IMG/VR virus record: IMGVR_UViG_3300017717_000004
Span: 1 to 60,901 of that record
Source of the DNA: a virus
Lineage: Duplodnaviria > Caudoviricetes
DNA: 60,901 bases
Direction: 5' to 3' (one strand)
In this document: in pieces, positions 38,961 through 46,442 of the stretch
Position numbering within the stretch: the first letter of the stretch is position 1
Layout of the letters: the number at the start of each line of letters is the position of its first letter
Notes under the pieces: generated by a model
What the model saw: only the letters and a program-made list of their open reading frames with translations
What the model was told of the DNA's origin: nothing
The model's database searches: none
Translations under genes and position numbers: made by a program

Positions 38961-40115
38961 TTATAATTTTTTAAGTTTGTTATCATCTTCATAAAACCTG
39001 TTACCGTCTATATCAGCATTAACATTGTCGATAATTGTATCTTCAATAGTATATAGTTCTTCTATATCGACGGTTTCCATATGTTTTTCATCTATAATGA
39101 AATCATCATACTCAACATCAACACTTGTATGACAGTTCATACAGTAACATACGTCATCATATTCTTCGTACCATACTTCGTGAGCACCACAGTTAGGACA
39201 CTCTGTTTGTAGTTTACTTGTCCCAATTGTGTCGTGTACATTAGATTTTTGTGATTGTGAATTATCCCAAGCATCTTTGCTGTATCCGTCATAGTAGAAA
39301 TCATCATAATAGTCATAACCACGCCCATATGCTCCATACATAGCTGGTGAATATGATATGCGATTCCCCTCGATTTCATATCTGATACCGTCTTGATTTA
39401 CTTTGTCAAATATTTCAATACACATTTGTTTTGTTGCATTTACTTCACTTATTACAATGTATTCATTGTCTGTGTGTGGGTCGTAATATCCACAAGACAT
39501 ATTAGCAACTTGAACTTTTGTTTTTTCTGCTATTTCTCCAACGTCAGTAATACCACCAGCACAACATTTACGATTGTATTTTTTTAGTATACTTTCTATT
39601 GACTCTTGAAAGCTTTCGTCTGATAGTTTAGTGCCAGAAATACTTGTCACAAAATCATCAATACCACGTCTATCACATTCCAACACAACGTTGCTGTCGG
39701 CAAAGAAACTGAAGTCAGCTTGACTTGAACCTTTGCAACCAACTTCTTCGTCTTTGAAAAAGACAGCTTTGAAGTTATCATAGTGTTGTAATAGTGATAG
39801 TGTGATATAAACGCCAACTTTGTCATCTCCACCAATACCATATCTTTTACAGTTTGTTCTGTCAATAGCAAGTAGCTTGTCGTCAATTTTGACAAGTTCG
39901 ATGTTGTTGTTGATGTCGTGAACAGTATCAATATGGCATACCATTGTTGGATATAAATCTGCGTCGCCTTTTGCAACATAGATGTTACCATAGTTGTCTG
40001 TTGTGAAGTCAAGTTTCATACTTCTGACTTTCTTCTTGATGAATGATTCCATTCTGTGGGACTTGTACGATTCTGTTTGGATTCGCATTGTGTCCAGTAA
40101 TAAATTGTTTTTCAT
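38961..40115 (-). CDS. M20/M28-family Zn metallopeptidase with C-terminal Zn ribbon
   Basis: CHIDT, GGDDK, DEEVG, CDRRG, GYYDPH; CPNC..CMNC. Confidence 0.85.
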   Translation of the reverse strand: MKNNLLLDTMRIQTESYKSHRMESFIKKKVRSMKLDFTTDNYGNIYVAKGDADLYPTMVCHIDTVHDINNNIELVKIDDKLLAIDRTNCKRYGIGGDDKVGVYITLSLLQHYDNFKAVFFKDEEVGCKGSSQADFSFFADSNVVLECDRRGIDDFVTSISGTKLSDESFQESIESILKKYNRKCCAGGITDVGEIAEKTKVQVANMSCGYYDPHTDNEYIVISEVNATKQMCIEIFDKVNQDGIRYEIEGNRISYSPAMYGAYGRGYDYYDDFYYDGYSKDAWDNSQSQKSNVHDTIGTSKLQTECPNCGAHEVWYEEYDDVCYCMNCHTSVDVEYDDFIIDEKHMETVDIEELYTIEDTIIDNVNADIDGNRFYEDDNKLKKL

Positions 40116-40138
40116 TGTGTGAGTTTATTAATTGTTGT

Positions 40139-40345
40139 CTACTCTTTAAGGTTTTCGACTGCCCCTATTTTGTTTTGTAGATTTAGTAAGGCTAACTTGT
40201 AACCATAGTTCTTAGCTAATTGCATTAGCAAAAAGTCATTACTACCGTTGTTTGCTTTTGCGAATTCATTTAGATATTCTTCTGTAGGTGTAGCTACTAT
40301 ACTCTTGTTCAGTTTTTCTAATTCTTTTCTGATATATTTTTCCAT
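40139..40345 (-). CDS. Hypothetical protein
   Basis: ORF in the early region. Confidence 0.6.
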   Translation of the reverse strand: MEKYIRKELEKLNKSIVATPTEEYLNEFAKANNGSNDFLLMQLAKNYGYKLALLNLQNKIGAVENLKE

Positions 40346-40349
40346 AATA

Positions 40350-40655
40350 TTATATTTTCATTGTGTGATAATATTGTATAAAGCTTGTTGTATATAGCGC
40401 ACCAATAAATAACCAAACAGGCGAAGTGAATAGTATTTGTGTTGTTGAAAAACTACTTATGATATGTGATAGTAGCGCCATACTACTAAACACAAACAAC
40501 CAATACATAAATGATATGAATACTTTCATATATGTGTTGAGGTTTAGATTTTCTGTTGTCGTACTATCAGCTATAGTGATTGTGATTGCACCGTTCCTAC
40601 TTTTTTTCTGAACGGTTGTGATGCCTGTAGGCAAAGTTTTAGTGATTGTTTTCAT
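40350..40655 (-). CDS. Hypothetical membrane protein with two TM helices
   Basis: Two hydrophobic segments in the C-terminal half. Confidence 0.6.
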   Translation of the reverse strand: MKTITKTLPTGITTVQKKSRNGAITITIADSTTTENLNLNTYMKVFISFMYWLFVFSSMALLSHIISSFSTTQILFTSPVWLFIGALYTTSFIQYYHTMKI

Positions 40656-40827
40656 GTGAATTGAATTTTAGATTATTGATTTTATTTTCAAGTCTTGTGA
40701 CTTGAGAGTCTGCAAAGTCAATACGACCTTGTAGAACCAACAGTTGATTTATCAACACATCTCTGTGTATAATCCAGTCAGCCTGTTCGTTTTCTTGTAG
40801 TATAATTGCTTGTGTATATGTAGCCAT
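40639..40827 (-). CDS. Hypothetical coiled-coil protein (start MATYTQ)
   Basis: ATG in an A-rich context just downstream of the tRNA; the longer track ORF runs through the tRNA. Confidence 0.6.
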   Translation of the reverse strand: MATYTQAIILQENEQADWIIHRDVLINQLLVLQGRIDFADSQVTRLENKINNLKFNSHENNH

Positions 40828-40841
40828 AATTATAAATTTTG

Positions 40842-40915
40842 TAGCGCCTGTAGGATTCGAACCTACATTTGCATCGTGAAAGGATGATGTCCTAAACCAA
40901 TTAGACGAAGGCGCC
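40842..40915 (-). tRNA. tRNA-Glu (anticodon TTC), CCA not encoded
   Basis: GGCGCCT/AGGCGCT acceptor stem, D loop with GG, anticodon loop CTTTCAC, T arm GTAGG-TTCGAAT-CCTAC. Confidence 0.92.
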
Positions 40916-41040
40916 AGATAGTGAGAAGTAAGGAAACTCACTTATATTAACTAAACATACACATTGACTTACTTTTTTATATGATTTGCGTCGCATCATT
41001 GGGTGTGTATTTCCCCTTTTGCCAGCAAGCGAAGAACAAA

Positions 41041-42069
41041 CCAAATGCCCGTATTCACGAGCATCGGTTGCCTGTATACTATTCAGGTCTTTCTTCAGCC
41101 AAACGGTCAACCACTTCTTCTACTGTGGATTCACGTTCTTCTGTTGCAACTAAGAAGCCTAACTGACTGAACACGCTATCAGGTGTGTTCAAGACTGGCT
41201 CTTCTGCTACTGCATCCATTTTCTTTTCAAACAACCACTCTGGAATTGTTACTTGTACCAATTTCTTTTTGGCATCAACAATGCTGAGTTGTGATTGTGA
41301 TTTAGGCATATACACTCTATCAAATAATTTAGTGTTACCTTGTTTGCAGTTCGATAAAACAATTGCTTTACCTGAAGCGTGAATTTCCACTAATGTGGCT
41401 TTGAATGTTACTGTTGTTGAATTTGAATTTTTCATTTTATGTATATTTAAAAATTAATACCCAACGAATACAAATGCTTACTTGATATAACCGAGGCCAG
41501 ACTTCAATTGTTTTCAAATATTTTCATGAAAGGCTTTAGCCGCTTCGAAAAAATTTTAAAAGAATTTAAGCTGGGTTGAAAACTTGCCAAGCTTCGATAA
41601 AATTTTTAATCAAAAATTTTTCAAGGTTGAGCAACCGAAGGGGATACCAAGTAAGCATTTGTAAATTTGTATGGGATTTTTAATACATAAAATAAAATTC
41701 CAACGGCAGTAATATTCAATTCCATAATAGAAATTCAGGCATTCAAGTGAAGTGATTGTTCGGACTGCATACAAATCTATCTATCTATCTATTTATTTAT
41801 TTGATTGTGTGTATGGCTTAACCAATCACAGCTCTATCTGATGAACCAAAAAGGAATACCAACAAGTGACAATAACAGAGTTGTCGATTAATAAAATGGG
41901 TGTAGTAGTATATGCAAGTCCTGACAACAGCTGATGACTTTCATACAGTTATGGTTATTAGTGACATAAGGTTGTGAAACCAACAGTTGAAGTGGTGACA
42001 TTATGTTTAGGTGAAAGACAAGGATAGGATAGGTTATCGAATGATTGTGAATACGAGCATTACCATTGG
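41041..42069 (+). repeat. Giant imperfect inverted repeat (arms about 41041-41488 and 41644-42069)
   Basis: Collinear helices, e.g. 41469-41484/41648-41663 (16 bp perfect), 41401-41419/41701-41719, 41286-41297/41823-41834, 41207-41222/41893-41908, 41044-41060/42045-42061. Confidence 0.9.
41079..41435 (-). CDS. First gene of the early arm: small beta-barrel-like protein with acidic tail
   Basis: GKAIVL..YMPKSQ..VTIPEWL motif and E-rich C-terminus. Confidence 0.75.
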   Translation of the reverse strand: MKNSNSTTVTFKATLVEIHASGKAIVLSNCKQGNTKLFDRVYMPKSQSQLSIVDAKKKLVQVTIPEWLFEKKMDAVAEEPVLNTPDSVFSQLGFLVATEERESTVEEVVDRLAEERPE

Positions 42070-42103
42070 GATGAAGGGGGTGGGTATAGGAAGGGGTGCC
42101 AAA

Positions 42104-42143
42104 GGATACCGTAGGTATCCGCCAAAGCGAGAGAGGCGAAGCC
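42104..42143 (+). other. GNA-triloop minihairpins
   Basis: GGATACC-GTA-GGTATCC at 42104-42120 and GGC-GAA-GCC at 42135-42143. Confidence 0.7.
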
Positions 42144-42358
42144 GAGCGAGCGAGATAGATAGTATTTGTAAATTGACATAGGTATAGAAAAAAGCTAAAA
42201 AAAATAGAGTAATGAACGGATAGAAACAACCCCCATATAATATATAAATCAATTTACATAACGATAGTGTAGGTAAAAAATATAGATTACCTAAAACCTC
42301 AGCATATGCGTGGCGTATTTTTGAAAACAGTTAAAGTAATATAAATAGGTCATCATTA

Positions 42359-42759
42359 GTTTACATTATTGCGCCACATATTTACATCGGATAATTAAGT
42401 ATATTTGTAAAAAATAAAGTTATGCCAAACAAAAAGAAAAACGATTCAATACCTCAGCCAACATACAAGAATATAAAAATGTTTGCTAATATTAGAAACC
42501 AAAATATGGGGTCGAACCAACCAGTCACAAAAAACGACTCAATTGTATATAGACAAGGTTTTGATTTTGGGTTAAAGCATCAAGGCGGCATGAATCCTCC
42601 ACCAGCAAATGAAAACTTAATGTTCCGAGGGGGAAGATGGGAAGGTCAAAACACTGAAAATCCAATAAAGAACGCTACAAGACCAAACATCATTACAAGA
42701 GGTATGAATGCCATAAAAGACTTCTTTAACGATTAGTTGTTTACATTTTTGCGCCACAT
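42359..42759 (+). repeat. 21-bp direct repeat GTTTACATT(A/T)TTGCGCCACAT at 42359-42379 and 42739-42759
   Basis: One mismatch; each copy precedes a TATATTTG motif (42400 and 42772). Confidence 0.85.
42422..42736 (+). CDS. Hypothetical protein
   Basis: 104-aa ORF downstream of the promoter motif at 42400-42407. Confidence 0.6.
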   Translation: MPNKKKNDSIPQPTYKNIKMFANIRNQNMGSNQPVTKNDSIVYRQGFDFGLKHQGGMNPPPANENLMFRGGRWEGQNTENPIKNATRPNIITRGMNAIKDFFND

Positions 42760-42782
42760 TGTTTTTTTTTGTATATTTGTAT

Positions 42783-42878
42783 ATGAAAAAGATAAAATGG
42801 TCTGTCGTATTGGTTTGGGTGAGTATATTTACAATCTCTTATTTAATATGGTCACCTATTTTAAAATTGATTTTCTAA
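42783..42878 (+). CDS. Possible 31-aa membrane peptide (MKKIKWSVVLVWVSIF...)
   Basis: Read by hand; follows the promoter motif at 42772. Confidence 0.35.
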   Translation: MKKIKWSVVLVWVSIFTISYLIWSPILKLIF

Positions 42879-43011
42879 TGTGGAAAACAAACTATAGTAT
42901 AAATGTCGAAATTGACAACAAAGTTGGCGCAGGAAATTATTGGACTCAAACATCAACCTGGGACAAGGAATTTAATACAAAAATTACAGCAAAAGATTGA
43001 TGAACTTGAGC

Positions 43012-43116
43012 GACAAGCAAGTGACAAGCCAAAGACACGCAAAACAAGCTGATTTACAGGTGATATACGTCAGTTTTTTAGCTTATTAAAAAAAAAGAGG
43101 CTAAAATCGACATGCC
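43012..43116 (+). repeat. Second iteron-like array upstream of groEL
   Basis: GACAAGCAAGT-GACAAGCCAAA-GACACGCAAAA (11-bp period) plus AAATCGACATGC at 43104; units match the reverse complement of 32291-32336. Confidence 0.7.
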
Positions 43117-43168
43117 TATATAAAAAGAAGAAAAGAAAAGAATAAAAATTTAATATAATAATACATAA

Positions 43169-44764
43169 ATGATTGAAAAAAACATAGTTTTTGGTTCTGA
43201 TGGCAGGAAAAAACTAAAAAAAGGCATTGATACCCTTGCAGAGGCTGTTTCCTCTACTTTAGGTGCTTCAGGAAAGACAGTAATTATTGAAGACCAGTTT
43301 GGAAACCCTCATATTACAAAAGATGGGGTAACAGTAGCTAATAGTATATTGCTTTCAGACCCAGTAGAGAACCTCGGCTGTAGCATTTTAAAGCAAGCTT
43401 CACAAAAAACAGCGTCGGAAGCAGGAGATGGTACTACAACTTCCTGTGTTTTAGCAAAATCCATGATAGATAAGTGTTTTGACCAAATAAATAGCGTTGA
43501 AAATGTAACTCAAGCTAAAGAAGGTATAGAACATGCCGCTAGATTGGTGGTAAAAACACTCGAAAAAATGAAAACTGAAGTGACAGACGAAAAATTACTT
43601 CAAGTTTCTACTATTTCGGCTAACGGAGATGAGTATATTGGTAAGATGATAGCAGATGCCTATATAAAAGTAGGTAAAGATGGTGTTGTAACAATGGACG
43701 AGTCCACCACAGGCGAGGATTATACCGAAATAACTAATGGAACCAAAATACAAAGAGGGTATGGTACTCCATTTAGCATAAACAACCTTAGAAATAAGTC
43801 AGTAGAGTTTCAAAACCCCTTAATTGTCATTAGTGACATGAAAATTGACATGCACGAACGACTTCATTTTGCGTTTGAGGCCTCAATAAAGCAAAAAAAG
43901 CCACTTTTAATCATTTCAGACCTAGACGACAGGGTAAAATTGTTTATAGCACAAAATATAAACAAGAAAAACCTTACGGCTAACTTTTTAACACCTGAAG
44001 GTATAGGTATAAAAAGATTTGAACTACTTGAAGACCTTTGTATGATGACTGGAGCTAGAATGATTTCAGAAATGTCAGGAGATTCTTCTCAAAATATTGA
44101 TGCATCTTATCTTGGCACCTGTAGACAGATGATTTCAAACTCAACAGAAACCGTTTTGGTGTTTGATGAGGCGGAAAACAAGAAAAAAGATGAGGTTATT
44201 GAGTGGTTAAATAAAGAAATACGATTAAGTGCCAATAAAACCGATAAGTGGCACTTGCAAGACAGATTATCTAAATTAGCTGGTGGTGTAGCAACCATAA
44301 AACTTGCTGGTAACTCAGAAGTTGAGCTGAAAGAGAAGAAAGATAGGGTAGATGATTCCATCCATGCAACAAAAGCAGCCTTAGAAGAAGGTATTGTTGC
44401 TGGTGGAGGGGTAGCCTTATTAGACGTACATAGAAAAATTTCCAAAAAATCTCCGAGAAGCAACTCTGATTCTTTTGTTTGGGGTTATAATATATTAATT
44501 GAGTCTCTGCCGAGTGCCTGGGAAAAAATCATAGAAAACTCAGGGCAATCAACAGAACACAAGTATATTGTAAGTAAAATGGAAAACAGAACCATCAAAC
44601 ATGGATTAGATGTTAAAACTGGTAAGTTTGGAAATATGATAAGAATGGGGATTATTGACCCCTTTAAAGTAACTAAAAATGCTGTTTTAAACTCAGCATC
44701 AGTTGCATCAATAATACTGACGACATCATGTGTCGTCTCAAACAAGAGAATAAATAAAAATTAA
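43169..44764 (+). CDS. groL: Chaperonin GroEL (Cpn60)
   Basis: ITKDGVTVA, AGDGTTT, KLAGGVA, GIVAGGG, GIIDP; no GGM tail. Confidence 0.97.
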   Translation: MIEKNIVFGSDGRKKLKKGIDTLAEAVSSTLGASGKTVIIEDQFGNPHITKDGVTVANSILLSDPVENLGCSILKQASQKTASEAGDGTTTSCVLAKSMIDKCFDQINSVENVTQAKEGIEHAARLVVKTLEKMKTEVTDEKLLQVSTISANGDEYIGKMIADAYIKVGKDGVVTMDESTTGEDYTEITNGTKIQRGYGTPFSINNLRNKSVEFQNPLIVISDMKIDMHERLHFAFEASIKQKKPLLIISDLDDRVKLFIAQNINKKNLTANFLTPEGIGIKRFELLEDLCMMTGARMISEMSGDSSQNIDASYLGTCRQMISNSTETVLVFDEAENKKKDEVIEWLNKEIRLSANKTDKWHLQDRLSKLAGGVATIKLAGNSEVELKEKKDRVDDSIHATKAALEEGIVAGGGVALLDVHRKISKKSPRSNSDSFVWGYNILIESLPSAWEKIIENSGQSTEHKYIVSKMENRTIKHGLDVKTGKFGNMIRMGIIDPFKVTKNAVLNSASVASIILTTSCVVSNKRINKN

Positions 44765-44768
44765 AATT

Positions 44769-44924
44769 ATGGTTATATCGAATGAAATATTTGAATCTTA
44801 TAGACTTCAAAAAAGGAAAGAAACAAAAGCAGCAAACCTTTTGATTACAAATGGTTATACTGTATTAGACGAAAAAGGAAAAGTCCTAACTAAACAAAAA
44901 TTAGGCGTTGAAGGCAGTTGGTAG
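44769..44924 (+). CDS. Hypothetical 51-aa protein between groEL and groES
   Basis: Read by hand (MVISNEIFESYR...). Confidence 0.5.
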   Translation: MVISNEIFESYRLQKRKETKAANLLITNGYTVLDEKGKVLTKQKLGVEGSW

Positions 44925-45186
44925 TTTTATTATTGTAAAAGATGATGAGGTGGTTCAAAAAAATGAACTGGGACTCATTATAACTGAAAAATCAGATAAT
45001 AACATAAGATATGTTATAGGTCAGGTAGTAACTGTTGGCGAAGATGTCAAAGAGGTTAAGCCTGGTCAATTTGTTTACTTTGACAAGATATCAGGCTCTG
45101 AGCTGAGGATTAAAGGAACTAAGCTTAAGGCTATTAGAGAAAAAGATGTCGTTGTAACAATGGATGATGTTAACACCGCTATTTGA
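44908..45186 (+). CDS. groS: Co-chaperonin GroES (Cpn10)
   Basis: Mobile loop ELGLII, GQVVTVG..VKPGQFVYF, IREKDVV; TTG start; next to groEL. Confidence 0.85.
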   Translation: MKAVGSFIIVKDDEVVQKNELGLIITEKSDNNIRYVIGQVVTVGEDVKEVKPGQFVYFDKISGSELRIKGTKLKAIREKDVVVTMDDVNTAI

Positions 45187-45913
45187 TTATGAATCACATA
45201 GAATAATAATGGAAACCCCTTTTATTTTTAAAGGGGATGATTATCTGTATTTTCCAGAAGGAGTTGATTTTTACAGTTTATATAGAACAAAAAGAAAGAT
45301 AAATTCTTTTTCAGAACTTGAATATATTGCAGAGAAGTTTATTCATTTAAACCCTGAATTTAAACTATCTCTAATGACCTCTTTATTTAAAATTCTATCA
45401 GACAGAGACTCTGGACACATAATTAGAACATATACCTCATTAAGGGTTGAGGCTATGGTCACAAGAGTTTACAATAAGAAAAAGGTGCCCTATTGTAAGA
45501 GAAAAAGAAAAATAATATTCAACCCCTCTAAAATGATTGATAGAAAAACTAAAATGAAAATAGTTGGCTCTATTATTGGGACAAAAAAAAGACCTACTAG
45601 CTCAGAGATTGACCAAGTTATTGAAGAGATGTGGCTTGAAAAAGAAAAGATTACACTAATAAAAGTAGCAAAAAAACTTCACACATCAAGATATCTTGTT
45701 TCTTGGTACTTTAATGAAGAAACAAAATCATCAATCAAAAAAGCTAATCTAGATATTAAAAACGAAAATTTAATAAGTAGAGCGATAGAAGCTATTGATT
45801 TTTTAACAGACAAAGGCAACGCACTGAAGATGAGAGAGTTAAAAAAAATAACCTCTATAAGAAACTATTCTCTATTAAAAAAGGCAGTTTTTATGTATCA
45901 GAATGAAGATTAG
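45164..45913 (+). CDS. Hypothetical protein, possible C-terminal HTH
   Basis: ITLIKVAKKLHTSRYLVSWY. Confidence 0.55.
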   Translation: MMLTPLFDYESHRIIMETPFIFKGDDYLYFPEGVDFYSLYRTKRKINSFSELEYIAEKFIHLNPEFKLSLMTSLFKILSDRDSGHIIRTYTSLRVEAMVTRVYNKKKVPYCKRKRKIIFNPSKMIDRKTKMKIVGSIIGTKKRPTSSEIDQVIEEMWLEKEKITLIKVAKKLHTSRYLVSWYFNEETKSSIKKANLDIKNENLISRAIEAIDFLTDKGNALKMRELKKITSIRNYSLLKKAVFMYQNED

Positions 45914-46367
45914 ATGCGTTCATTTTTTCAATAACCTTTTTATATATCTTATCAGCATAAGATGTCTTTTTGAATATAGGGTTAGAACGAGGCTCTTCTG
46001 ATATAGGCTCGTCATTCATAAGTTTTTTATAAGTAAGCAAACATATTGTTTTTGCTTTATGTGTAAGCTCCCATATTTTTGCTCTTCCATACTTCTCACC
46101 TCCAGGTCTCCATTCTTTTATTAAATCTTTTTTTACCATTTCATAAAACCTTCTTTTATCCCAAGACATTGTGTTTCCGTAATAATTAAAATCTTCTTTT
46201 CTGAAATAAGGTAGGTCATACAAATAAAGCAACATATCTAACTCCATTGAACTTATGTTATATTTTCTTTTTATGTAATATTTCACAACCCTCCAATACT
46301 TTAAAAAATTATATTGTCTTTCTCTAGGTTGTCTTTTAATAATTTTTCTTTTATAAGATTTTATCAT
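45891..46367 (-). CDS. Probable winged-helix DNA-binding protein (start MIKSY)
   Basis: YNISSMELDMLLYLY..YEMVKKDLIKEW..WELTHKAK resembles a MarR-like wHTH; lone minus-strand gene in this arm. Confidence 0.55.
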   Translation of the reverse strand: MIKSYKRKIIKRQPRERQYNFLKYWRVVKYYIKRKYNISSMELDMLLYLYDLPYFRKEDFNYYGNTMSWDKRRFYEMVKKDLIKEWRPGGEKYGRAKIWELTHKAKTICLLTYKKLMNDEPISEEPRSNPIFKKTSYADKIYKKVIEKMNASNLHSDT

Positions 46368-46385
46368 AGATTTAATTATTTGGGT

Positions 46386-46418
46386 CAAAAATACGAAAAA
46401 CATTTTTTGGTATCTTTG
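46386..46418. promoter_or_regulatory. Divergent -7 promoter pair
   Basis: TATTTTTG on minus (46386-46393) and TATCTTTG on plus (46411-46418). Confidence 0.6.
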
Positions 46419-46442
46419 CCTTATAATTTAAAAAACATCATT

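Noticed and set aside
40842-40915. tRNA as a UGA suppressor (TCA is present in the loop) explaining the TGA at 9035
   Set aside because: The 7-nt loop CTTTCAC centres on TTC, as in ordinary tRNA-Glu
41644-42069. Right arm as a cis-antisense RNA against gene 41079..41435
   Set aside because: A + strand transcript of this arm is sense-like to the mRNA, and the minus-strand fold would have A-C mismatches, so simple antisense control fits poorly
41888-42252. Minus-strand ORFs of 113 and 72 aa
   Set aside because: Atypical composition; they lie within the right arm of the inverted repeat and the minihairpin cluster, so are probably spurious
42737-43052. 87-aa track ORF and overlapping short ORFs (42878..43000, 42903..43052)
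   Set aside because: I cannot tell which frame is real; the track ORF's TTG start overlaps the repeat and promoter motif
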